Below, piece after piece: positions 34,481-44,304 of a DNA stretch of 64,000 nucleotides; position 1 is the first letter of the stretch, and every line of letters starts with the position of its first letter. A program made the translations under genes and the position numbers. Under the pieces are notes generated by a model. It saw nothing but the letters and a program-made list of their open reading frames with translations, was not told the DNA's origin and did not search any database. Location of the stretch: assembly GCA_963825865.1 (NCBI GenBank), contig CAWGVG010000027.1, forward strand, positions 121,477-185,476, read 5' to 3'. The stretch comes from an uncultured Nitrososphaeraceae archaeon. GTDB taxonomy: Archaea; Thermoproteota; Nitrososphaeria; Nitrososphaerales; Nitrososphaeraceae.

Positions 34481-34894
34481 TTGAGGAGAAAATTTGCTCA
34501 AAAGCCTCCTATGATTGTAATATCAGGCTCATGTATTAACTTTGAGAGAGAAAGGCAAAAGTTAATGGAGTTTATCGGTGAGCTAGAATGGGGAGCTCAT
34601 GTTAAGAGTAAATTTGAATGCTCTTCTAATGGCAGTGCTATGGGCTGGGATTTCTTTCAGATTTATTTTGAGCCAGATTTTGTAGAAATTTTGCTTCAAT
34701 TGCATCCAGATATTGAAAAGGAAGAAGGCCATATGATTGAGCAACAATTTGTACTGTGGCTTTCAAAACAACTTAAGAAAAAAAGTCTGGAATATTACCT
34801 GAAGCTAAGCGATGTCCCATATGGAATCACAAACGGCTTTAGGCTAAACCCTGATTATTATCGTGACGATAGTGAACTTGAAAAGCTGCGTTAA
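34481..34894 (+). CDS. Conserved thaumarchaeal-type hypothetical protein
   Basis: Intact 137-aa ORF downstream of lysS with a TATA-like element upstream. Confidence 0.7.
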   Translation: MRRKFAQKPPMIVISGSCINFERERQKLMEFIGELEWGAHVKSKFECSSNGSAMGWDFFQIYFEPDFVEILLQLHPDIEKEEGHMIEQQFVLWLSKQLKKKSLEYYLKLSDVPYGITNGFRLNPDYYRDDSELEKLR

Positions 34895-35191
34895 TAATAC
34901 TATGTGTTATACGGTGTTGTTATTGTATATATATTGCCTATTAATAAAATGTGGCAGCATTCAGTAAGAATATAACACGCTCAGCATGGATAAAAATAGT
35001 ATAGGTATGTACAAATAAATTTTTGATACCTTGATATTTGCAACCATCGGATTAAATATTAATTGATAACTATCAGAGACCATTTTTGGGATTAGATACT
35101 GCGATTCTTTTATATTTGTTAGGCGGAGAGAAGATACATCCTATTCACAAGCACACCAAGGTTAATAATTAACTAATGAAAATCTTCTTTA

Positions 35192-35651
35192 ATGACTCAA
35201 CAGCAGAAGATCATTCCAAATGTGATGATGTGGTTTTCTTTTGCTTCACTAGCTTTACTTTATGGTGTCATGCTCGCTCGGAATTTACATTACTGCTTCA
35301 CATCAAGGGCTATCCTGTCTTGATCGGCCGCTCTGCCCCAATGGATTTGATATTCCATCGCCCAAATATTTTTTTGAACATGTCCATAGAGTAATTGCAG
35401 TTATTACTGGAAGTATGATCCTCGTTACTACGGTATATGCCACAAAAAATGCTAAAAGTGTAAGAAAGACTGCTATTGCAGGAAGTATTATCGTTTCAGT
35501 TCAGATATTGTTGGGTATGTGGGTAGTCAATAACAAGTTAGAAGCTTTGCTTGTTGCAACACATTTGTCAACAGGTGTCTTGCTGTTTGCTATGACTTTA
35601 ATGACTTTTTTATCTTCTTACCGGCTAACGAAGAATAATTCATGTGTATAG
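35192..35651 (+). CDS. Short heme A synthase COX15/CtaA-like protein (indels at 5' end)
   Basis: GLSCLDRPLCP, FEHVHR, QILLG..V, ATHL. Confidence 0.85.
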
Positions 35652-35819
35652 TTTGTATGCTTGTCAATAAGCCACTGATTTCTAGTTCTAACGATAGCTT
35701 CATTGCGCGTACAATAATGATAAATCACTATGATAATAATCCAAATAATATAACACGCATTTTCCAAAGCCTAAACTGTCTACACAGTTTACACGCCACA
35801 ATCATAGTATCAAATAAAA

Positions 35820-36080
35820 GTAAGAGTATGTGTAGCCCCATTGCCACTCATAATTATCCATAAGAGACCAATGCAAGTATCCCACGGCATCTGCACCATC
35901 GTCTATAGTTAGTTTAATTTGTTGAAGATGTGCTACAATAAATGGAGCACGATATTTATCAGATTTATAGGCAACACCGTTTTCGGTAATAAATACAGGT
36001 TTATTCCATTGATTTTTTACACGCATAATCAAATGGTATAATCCTTCTGGATAGATTTCCCATCCTAAATCGTTTAGTAT
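35820..36080 (-). pseudogene. Glycoside hydrolase family 1, C-terminal fragment
   Basis: NDLGWEIYPEGLY, VFITENG, GYLHWSLMDNYEW; no N-terminal part upstream. Confidence 0.85.
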
Positions 36081-36268
36081 ATGGCTATGACAATGACGGT
36101 AGTTTTTTTATCCTGTACATGTAGATCATTTATTAATGCTCCTCAGACAAACTTTGCTGAAGATAATGCAACTATGTGAGATGCAAATTTAGCGTTTATG
36201 TTTGTTTTTAATTACCTAATTATAGATTACATAATCCTTTTATTAGGAGCAGAGAGACAAGAACCTGT

Positions 36269-36490
36269 TTGGCAAGCTTCTGTCCAGAATGCGGTGGCGA
36301 ATTAGAATTTGATCCCATTAGCAAGAATTTTATCTGCAAGAATTGCGGACTGTTTGCCTCCAGAGAGAAGATCGATGAATTACGTTATAAGGCAGAAAAT
36401 GAATCTATGGATAAAAGAAGACGAATGCATGATGGTTACCTTGAATGGTGGCAGACTTCAAAAAAAGATAAACAAAGAAGCAATGGGTAG
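36269..36490 (+). CDS. Small Zn-ribbon protein
   Basis: CPECGG...CKNCG. Confidence 0.8.
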   Translation: MASFCPECGGELEFDPISKNFICKNCGLFASREKIDELRYKAENESMDKRRRMHDGYLEWWQTSKKDKQRSNG

Positions 36491-36545
36491 AGATAAATAA
36501 ATTCCATCATACAATTTCCTAGAATAAAATATCTTTCTTCTTTTT

Positions 36546-37052
36546 TTATGCTATTGCTGCATCAGCTTTGTATAGAATATCTCTTTTCAAGGAAACCATA
36601 TGCTCTTCCTTTCTAGTTTTCAAAACAGTCATTAATTCAATCTCTAGGATATGAGGTAATATGCGGATTTTATTTACTACGATATCTCTCATCTGATCCA
36701 AGTCTTTAGCACGGATCTTTAAAAGAAGATCAAACTTACCATGCATCTCATGAATTTCTAAAACTTCATCAACATTTGATAGGCTATCAGTAGCCTCATC
36801 TGCAAAACCAGGCTCAATATTTATTCCCATAAATGCCAGATGGTCATAACCAAGGCGATCATTATTTACAGATATTGTAAACTTGCTGATTATGCCTGCA
36901 GCAATTAAACGACGAACTCTGATATGTACTGTTGCGTCGGATATCCCGATCTGCTTGGCTATTTCAACAAATGGTGTTGATGAATCTTTACCCAAAATTT
37001 CTATTATTCTAAGATTAACATCATCTAACAGATCATTATTACTAATCTGCAC
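36546..37052 (-). CDS. Lrp/AsnC family transcriptional regulator
   Basis: LDDVNLRIIEIL..DSSTPFVEIAKQIGISDATVHIRVRRL; HGKFDLLLKI. Confidence 0.95.
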   Translation of the reverse strand: MQISNNDLLDDVNLRIIEILGKDSSTPFVEIAKQIGISDATVHIRVRRLIAAGIISKFTISVNNDRLGYDHLAFMGINIEPGFADEATDSLSNVDEVLEIHEMHGKFDLLLKIRAKDLDQMRDIVVNKIRILPHILEIELMTVLKTRKEEHMVSLKRDILYKADAAIA

Positions 37053-37299
37053 GTTCGAATATGTGGTTTTGAGGTATAAATGCTTTTACTATAGTGTTTC
37101 ATAGAATAACATGCGACAGTTTTCTTGCTATACTCATCGTAATATATGTAAATAGCCCTTTCATTAAGAATGATTTATCTGGTTGCAGGCAATTATTAAA
37201 AAATATTTTCTACAGAGCGTTTAACAACCATTAAACAAAATGGAAGAGAAAAAAAGATAATGGGTAGGTTATTACGACCCTACTCAGTTTGTTTCTGTA

Positions 37300-37680
37300 A
37301 TATAAAAAATCTGATAGGCGTGTTTCTTCTTATGTATCTGGCTAAAATGGAAGACTAGTTATATGTACTCCCGCATTTAGTAGACATTGCAATAGCTGTT
37401 TCTCTACAGGAAAAGGAACACTTGATTCAGCTAGAACCACATCCAAATCGTTGAAATTGACGCCTTGTCTGAGAACAATTGTGCAAAAATCTTAAGCGAT
37501 AACGGTCCAAAAATGGCTAGAAATGTGTTTAACTGTTTTGGCGTAAGTAATTTCGTGAAACATTGTTCACAAGTTAGTTTCATTGGTGTTGGTGGTGTTG
37601 GTGCTGCTCCTTCCGATGTACAAGTTGCATTTTCACCTGGGTGTGTACATATCAGGTTTTCACACTCTTGGTCTACCTTT
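37300..37680 (-). pseudogene. C-terminal fragment of a Cys-containing secreted-type protein
   Basis: NLICTHPGENATCTSEG..PTPPTP..TCEQCFTKLLT; no plausible N-terminus. Confidence 0.45.
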
Positions 37681-37841
37681 GATACATGTATTCTTTCTAT
37701 CAAAGTATCTAATTTTGTTGCGTCAAATAGGTCATTATGCTCCGTTGCTTATTTGTCGATGACACAAAACTTTATCCTAGCAAGGAAGCACTATCGGTAA
37801 ATACTTTGATTACCTCTTTCTTTTATGGTGCACATAATAAC

Positions 37842-38453
37842 ATGCAAAAGATTGGAGATAAAATAGTCTATAATACTATTGAAGAAATCCTAAATCCTTC
37901 GCATACAGCATTGGTGCTATGGGATGTGCAACGCGCATTTACAAAAATGATTTTTAATAAAGAAGAATTTAGTAGGAATCTGAATTCAATTGTAGAATTA
38001 GCACGCAAATCAAATATTCCAATATTCTTTACATCAATTCAAATGATATCAAAAAGATTTGAATCTTCAGCAAACATATACACTCTTGGTAAACTAGGAT
38101 TTGACCGCTTATTCGAGCAGTTTACAACTGAAGATATGGATTTTACAATAAAACCCAAACAAGATGAAATAGTAATAAATAAACATACAGCAAGTATATT
38201 CATAGACACAGGCTTTGAGCGCATGCTTAGAAATGCCGGTATTATTACTATAGTATTTACAGGTATTGCTACAGAATATGGAGTAGAGTCTAGTGCTAGG
38301 GATGCATTCAACAGAGGATTCTATTCTGTAGTAGTTTCAGATTGTGTGTCTTCGCCATATAAAGATGGACATGATAGATCAATTGAAAACATGAAGAATT
38401 TAATAACCATTATAAATTCAAAAGAGATTGGAAATGTTTGGTTAAAACTCTAG
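37842..38453 (+). CDS. Isochorismatase/cysteine hydrolase family protein
   Basis: TALVLWDVQ, INKHTASIFIDT, FTGIATEYGVESSARDA; G sits at the usual catalytic Cys position. Confidence 0.88.
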   Translation: MQKIGDKIVYNTIEEILNPSHTALVLWDVQRAFTKMIFNKEEFSRNLNSIVELARKSNIPIFFTSIQMISKRFESSANIYTLGKLGFDRLFEQFTTEDMDFTIKPKQDEIVINKHTASIFIDTGFERMLRNAGIITIVFTGIATEYGVESSARDAFNRGFYSVVVSDCVSSPYKDGHDRSIENMKNLITIINSKEIGNVWLKL

Positions 38454-38930
38454 AAGAGGAGCATCTAATTTCCTTCTTATATTATATTTCTATTCTAATT
38501 TTGCAATACTGTTAAAGTTTGGGGGCTGGCTCTTTTGGAACAACTGCTTTCCAGAGCAGGTTCAATGAAACACTCAATTTCTAAAAAGTAGTTGTCAAAC
38601 ATCTAATGCTTCGACGCAACAGTTCTCGATAACATACAGATAATAAACGACTTCTTGCTAGCATCAATTAAATACAAAATGGATGTATTTTGTCAGATCC
38701 TTCAGAGACAGAGGTAAGTTAATGATACATATTGCCTTTAGTTCTAAATATCGCTTGGATTGTTGAGAAATTATTTTATTACTAATAATAACGTCCCATT
38801 TCGATACAGAAGGAGAGGATCCACGTATCAGATTATCAAGTCTTTTGACCATACTTTTAACGTAAATATCGGTTTTCATATAATATCACACACACATACA
38901 CACACGCCATCTATCGAGATATTTGATTAG

Positions 38931-39377
38931 TTAATTGTGGTTGTGTGTGTTGCTATTTTGTTGTTGTATATCTTCAATCTGTGTTAGTTTCTCTTCCAAA
39001 TTTTGCACATACATGATTGATGGTCCTTCTGACAATAGTTTGAACTGTGCTTCATTACATTCTTTGGCTAATTTGAGAGCTGCTAATCTTTGAAAATAGT
39101 TTATCTGTTCTTCTGTTGATTCATAAATATTCCAGCACTCCTTTAGCACTTCTCTTATGCCATCAATTGAAGTTTTATACATGAAAGGTAGGCTATCTTT
39201 GGCTAAATCACTTAAAAAATTCTGAGACTGTGAGGTTAGGTATTGGATATCTCTGCTTATAGTAGAAGGATCAACATTTAGTTCTTTAGCAATCTCGTAG
39301 CCTTTCATACCTCTAGATAAAAGAGTCCAAAGCTTCTGTCGTCTTTCATTTGTAATTGATTTATTATTTGCAGCCAT
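38931..39377 (-). CDS. HTH-domain protein, putative terminase small subunit-like
   Basis: ERRQKLWTLLSRGMKGYEIAKELNVDPSTISRDIQYL, followed by a helical region (LKECW..RLAALKLAKECN). Confidence 0.7.
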   Translation of the reverse strand: MAANNKSITNERRQKLWTLLSRGMKGYEIAKELNVDPSTISRDIQYLTSQSQNFLSDLAKDSLPFMYKTSIDGIREVLKECWNIYESTEEQINYFQRLAALKLAKECNEAQFKLLSEGPSIMYVQNLEEKLTQIEDIQQQNSNTHNHN

Positions 39378-39435
39378 GGGAATATTGCAGGTAATGCATA
39401 TATTTACTCACACACTGATAAATTTATTGCAATTT

Positions 39436-39553
39436 TATCTTTGTAGTGCTTTGATATCTGCACCTTGGACTGGCCTACACCTAATTCTTGTGCTACCTCA
39501 GTTTTAGTCATTGCTAATAAAGAACTCTCCTTCGTTCTGTGTTCTTCAATTTC
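39436..39553 (-). pseudogene. HTH remnant of the same family
   Basis: EIEEHRTKESSLLAMTKTEVAQELGVGQSKV / (shift) DIKAL. Confidence 0.55.
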
Positions 39554-39664
39554 TAATCATTATTGCTGATTTGTCACTATAACTTTACATAAGTCGATAT
39601 ATGTCTGGTATAATATTAAAAATATAGAAGATAATGGAGGATGAGGGCAATTATTAACTGAGAT

Positions 39665-40253
39665 ATGCACAACTACTACACGAGCTGATAAGAATTATCA
39701 TTATTCTCACATCTTAGATAATGACAATTTCTATTATTCTCATAATACTAATAACAATGAGCATCACCATTATCATTCTGAACCTCATCCTCCAAATCCT
39801 TTAGAAAAACAAATACCAAACACTACTACTCCTAGTGTAGAAACAAGAATAAAAGAACCATCTTATAAAAGAATTCTTATTGTTGATGATCATCCTGATA
39901 TCACCCTGGCGTTCAAATCAGGTTTGGAAGGGTATTATCATGATCATAGTTACAGCAGAATAAGATTTGAAGTATACACATACAATAACCCCTTAGTAGC
40001 ATTATCAGAATTCAAGCCAAACTTTTACGATCTATTACTAACTGATATTAACATGCCAATTATCAATGGCTTTGAGTTATGTCAAAAGATATTAGAGTTA
40101 GATGTCAATGTTAGGGTTTGCTTTATAACTGCAGGAGAAGCAAATATCGAGGCGTTAAGAGAGATATATCCAAATGTAAGTATGGGATGTTTCATCAAGA
40201 AACCAGTTACAATAGACTATTTGGTCAAAAGATTATCGGCAGAATTAGATTAG
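39665..40253 (+). CDS. Stand-alone response regulator receiver with His/Asn-rich N-terminal extension (5' indel)
   Basis: KRILIVDDHPDI...DLLLTDINMPIINGFEL...FITA...FIKKPV. Confidence 0.85.
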
Positions 40254-40465
40254 CATTCCCCACTACCAGGTTATTTTATACCATTTAATAGTTATTCATA
40301 TATTATTGTTAACTCATTGAAGAATCTAGTAAAAGGCATGATGAGAGATTATCATAGTCGATATTTTGGTAAATAAGCAGTTGAAAGATAAGAAGTATAC
40401 AAGAATCTCAGATAAACAATATATATTTATATATCCAACCAGTCTTAACGCCTACCTTTATATGT

Positions 40466-40652
40466 AGTTACATAAAGGTAATTTTACCATTTTTGAACTG
40501 ATCAGAAATTTCTTGTTCTGATGTATAATTGCCTGTATCCCAAACAATCACAGTTCCTCCCCGTAGCTTCCTTCTGGAATTATCCCTTCAAAAAGCAAAT
40601 AATCTAAAGGATGATCTTCAGTTACTACTGCTAGCCTCTTATTGGAAGGCTT
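40466..40652 (-). pseudogene. LigD 3'-phosphoesterase domain fragment
   Basis: [36 protein letters not shown]. Confidence 0.85.
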
Positions 40653-40789
40653 AGAATAATGATTCAAATATAAATAAATATAAAGCTATTATTATCATGG
40701 ATGGTTATAGTAAAAGTCATCAGTTAATTATTTTCAAGCTGGAAAGGAAGTATATCTTTTGGGCTTGTTAATATTCCAGTAAAGCCGTG

Positions 40790-41027
40790 CGTAACTGCTA
40801 AGAGAAGCATGGACTACTTCACATAGAACGAATGATAATGAGAAAATCCAAGCGTTATCCTTGGCGAAGGAATGTTATTCTATGAAACTTGACCTGTTAA
40901 CTAATGCTACCGTAGTTAGTAATGCAATCACATTTGTATCAGAACATAATAAGAAAGACGAAGTAAAAGATATTCCTCAGTAGCAGCAATGGCAGAAAAA
41001 GAAACTTCAACAAACCAAGTTTTTTGA
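40790..41027 (+). pseudogene. C-terminal remnant of the HTH/TerS-like family
   Basis: LLREAWTT...EKIQALSLAKECYSMKLDLLTNATVV matches VLKECW...RLAALKLAKECNEAQFKLL of 38931-39377. Confidence 0.7.
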
Positions 41028-41086
41028 ATAATTAAAATAGAGAAATTGATTAAACTAAATATTATTATTGCTATCGACTGCAGTAA

Positions 41087-41330
41087 TTAACGTGTGTATT
41101 TTCTTTCAAATTTCCTTCTCAAAGCTATAATAATAAGACCGAAGGTAAGAGCACCTCCAACAATCTTGATGATATAATCTATTACCTCTACTTTGATATT
41201 GCCTGGTAATGAAAGCAGAGGAAGAAAATCTGCAAGGCTTCGTTGAAAAGCCATAAGCCAATGAGTCCAGCTTGGTTTAGATAAACAAAATGAGACGTTG
41301 AATTGTATAGACTAACTATTAACAAAAAAA
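41087..41330 (-). pseudogene. C-terminal membrane-domain fragment (type seen on pentapeptide-repeat proteins)
   Basis: AFQRSLADFLPLL...IDYIIKIVGGALTFGLIIIALRRKFERKYTR. Confidence 0.5.
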
Positions 41331-41782
41331 TGAGGTTCAAGGAATTAGAAAAACATAAGGCAATGTACTTGTTACTATAGATAAGAAACATAGTAATCAT
41401 GACATTCAAAGATCTGAAGAGGAGGATAAGCAACTCCAATCAACAACTACAATCTCAATCTGCGGGCAGTAGTAAAAACAGCCCACAACAACAATAACAA
41501 TAATAACAAACACATACAGTTTAATTGTAAGTATAAATATAAAAGAATTTTCTAATATAATTAAATTGCAAAGTTTGATTTTATAAATATATTACATTAG
41601 TCTTTTCAAATTCTATATCTCGGTGACTCAACAATGATACTTGAAGGGATAGGTTAAAACAGAATATCAAGACAATTAGAAGCAGGTAAAACATATGGTA
41701 AATGTAAACCTAACAATCATAGCTTAGACAATAAATAGCAATAGAGATTCATATATAATAGCAGTCACTCTTTGGACGAGAA

Positions 41783-41941
41783 ATGTCTGATTCTAGGCCT
41801 TCATCATCACCATCATCATCTGCTGATCCAAACGGTGGCTACGTATGTAAAACATGTGGCCTTGCTTTCACAACCGAACAAGCTCTATCAGCACATATAA
41901 ATTCTGAACATCCAGAGTCTCAACACGCTGAGGTATTCTAA
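41783..41941 (+). CDS. 52-aa C2H2 Zn-finger microprotein
   Basis: YVCKTCGLAFTTEQALSAHINSEH, canonical C2H2 spacing; tatataa TATA box upstream. Confidence 0.8.
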   Translation: MSDSRPSSSPSSSADPNGGYVCKTCGLAFTTEQALSAHINSEHPESQHAEVF

Positions 41942-42089
41942 TCTAATGTTGTAATAATAATAATAGAACATAATAATACAAAACAAAAAATAGGATGTAA
42001 AAGAGAAAATTTTATTCACCATTTTTATCTAACTGTCCATCTTAGGCCAGTATCGTAACTATAGTAGCAATCAGCAAGTCTACTTCATT

Positions 42090-42866
42090 TTATTTTATAA
42101 TTTGAAATGAATCAATAATCTTCTGTGCTTCTGGCGAAAGATCAGCTCGTTGGCCTACTGGAAAATAGATTATGTCATATGCCTTATCGTTGTTTATGGT
42201 CCACATTTCTATTCTGTTCTCTGGTGGAAGATTCGAAAAAATCTTCGCTGTATATGTGATTCTATGTGCTGGAAGTCCTGAAAGTGTAGTTGGTTCTGAT
42301 TTAACGATAAGGTTATTGTATGATGTATGTTTGCTGATAATTTGTTCTGTAAATGTTTGTAGCGGGTTATCCGATGGTTTTAGTTCATCATAAACCATTA
42401 TCGAAATAGCATTTTTGTGTAAAAAACATGGAGATACATAAGTACTTGCTGTTGTTGTCGCTTGGTTATTATTTTGGGCACTATTATTATTTGAAGGACA
42501 AAAATCTACCACAGGTCTTCCAGACCCACCTTCTTTAAGTGATTTTAATATTGTATCACTGAACTCACCAGAAATAATTGTCTCATATCTAATCCAATTT
42601 AATGGATATTGAACTTTGAACCCAAAATCAGAATTTTCATACGTTAAAAGATCGTTGTTTGATGTTGTCTTATTTGTGGTGGTGGTTTCTGTGTCTGTAT
42701 TACTGTTGTTAATAGTATTATTATTACCAGATAATGAAGAGATACCAGGAATTTGTGCGTATACATTATAGTGCTGTGACGGTTGCTGTATTACAATAGC
42801 AAATAAAAACAACAATGATATTACAACAATGTTACCACTAACAAAAATCGTTAATCTGTTAAGCAT
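42090..42866 (-). CDS. Secreted PsbP/Mog1-like domain protein
   Basis: Signal anchor; LTYENSDFGFKVQYPLNW...TTLSGLPAHRITYT...KAYDIIY...AQKIIDSFQI. Confidence 0.8.
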   Translation of the reverse strand: MLNRLTIFVSGNIVVISLLFLFAIVIQQPSQHYNVYAQIPGISSLSGNNNTINNSNTDTETTTTNKTTSNNDLLTYENSDFGFKVQYPLNWIRYETIISGEFSDTILKSLKEGGSGRPVVDFCPSNNNSAQNNNQATTTASTYVSPCFLHKNAISIMVYDELKPSDNPLQTFTEQIISKHTSYNNLIVKSEPTTLSGLPAHRITYTAKIFSNLPPENRIEMWTINNDKAYDIIYFPVGQRADLSPEAQKIIDSFQIIK

Positions 42867-42967
42867 TCACTATTATGGTCATTCTGAATTAAATGTATAA
42901 GCAATTTCACACATTTTTCTGAATTCCCCTTATAGCAAAACCATAAGCTATAAAATCTGTGCAAGAC

Positions 42968-43442
42968 TTACACGGATCTTTTCGGCGGTCTAAGAATAAG
43001 TTTACTAGTAGTTTCTCTAAAAGTGATATCAAACTTACGAAAAAACTCCTTTCTTCCAAGAAGCGCGTAGGTGTCTAAGTTACCAGGCTCGTCCTCTAAT
43101 TTCCTAGTTGGTATAACAACAGCTATTTGTCCCAAAGGAATTTTTTGGGTACCTTTAATCAGTTCAGTCTTTAACTATACTTAACGCCGTTTCAAAAGGT
43201 CCTGAGGCACTTCTAGATCTCTTTTTATCTGAGAGTTTCAAGTCCAATATTTCAGCAACTTCTAAAGGAATAAACGAGGTGTCTGCGCCAGAATCTACAA
43301 GCATTGCTATTCTAAAGCTGTTATCTCCATTAGAAAGTCTAATTTCCACCCTTGGTCTAGCAACAACTTTTCCTTCAAACCTATCATTAACATATCTAAA
43401 TGTAAGTGTTCGCGAACGTTCTCCTTTGAAACGAAAACTCAT
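42968..43442 (-). CDS. Retropepsin-like (clan AA) aspartic protease (indel near 43165)
   Basis: RPRVEI...MLVDSGADTSFIP...ALLGRKEFFRKFDITF. Confidence 0.88.
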
Positions 43443-43450
43443 TAAGATAT

Positions 43451-43648
43451 CTAAAGAATGAGGGTTTCTTGTTCTTTGGGTATGCGACTGAACAACGGTT
43501 CTTTATTACCCGCTTTCTTTTTTGCCTCTCTATAGACTTCTTTCAAGTCGTCACCACTAGCAATGATTTCCTTACCAAGTATCGCTACCCATTTACCAGC
43601 GTATTCAGACATATCGCTTAAAGAGTAAAAATCGAATTCTTGGCTCAT
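43451..43648 (-). CDS. DUF5678-like small protein
   Basis: MSQEF...EYAGKWVAILGKEIIASGDDLKEVYREAKKK; stops 8 bp before the protease start. Confidence 0.8.
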   Translation of the reverse strand: MSQEFDFYSLSDMSEYAGKWVAILGKEIIASGDDLKEVYREAKKKAGNKEPLFSRIPKEQETLIL

Positions 43649-43966
43649 GTAATATAGGTGTGCATACCCCATGATAAATGTATGTTGTAATGTTTGGGGA
43701 AGTAATAGTGGAACTAAGTGGTAAATTATTCCCCTTCTTACCTTTAGAAAGGGGGCAGAATCTGGCCTATGTCCTATTCTATCTTTCGAGACGATTCTCA
43801 AAGTCCTCTGGTTCTGGATGCTGTAGTCTGCCAGGATGTTCAATACCAATGTGTTTCTTGAATTCAGTATCGTCTATGACCTCATTATCATCTATCACAT
43901 TTGGATCTTGAGGTTTCTCGAAATCATTCAATTCGATCTTTAACCTAAGTAAGCCACGATGATACA

Positions 43967-44203
43967 GTTTGCTTGTTTGTTTGTACCAACTGTACCAACT
44001 TGATCGATGTTTTGTACCTTACTATTTACGTACCAACCGAAGGACAGGAAAGTATAGTAAAACGAGCGTAAAAGAGAGTAGTATAATAGTAAAAAAGAGT
44101 AGTACAGAAAGTTGGTACAGTTGGTACAGTTGGTACAAATTGAGGAGAATTATCCTATTTATTTGCCTTCAGAACTGCAAGCAAGCAAACAAGCAAACAA
44201 ACA
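43967..44203. other. Putative replication origin with inverted iteron sets
   Basis: gtaccaact x2 (43983-44000), degenerate copy at 44030, agttggtac x3 (44110-44136); immediately downstream of the primase-helicase. Confidence 0.75.
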
Positions 44204-44304
44204 TGTTCATGTTATTAACAATCAATCAATAAATCAATCAATGAATGAATGAGTTAGCAATCGCCATTATTGGATCGTTGCAAGACTAACTACTACTAAA
44301 CTAA

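Noticed and set aside
43451-43849. 132-aa version of the DUF5678 ORF and the plus-strand ORF across the ori (43969-44232)
   Set aside because: Similarity begins at MSQEF (43648); the ori ORF merely translates the iterons (YQLYQL, WYSWYSWY).
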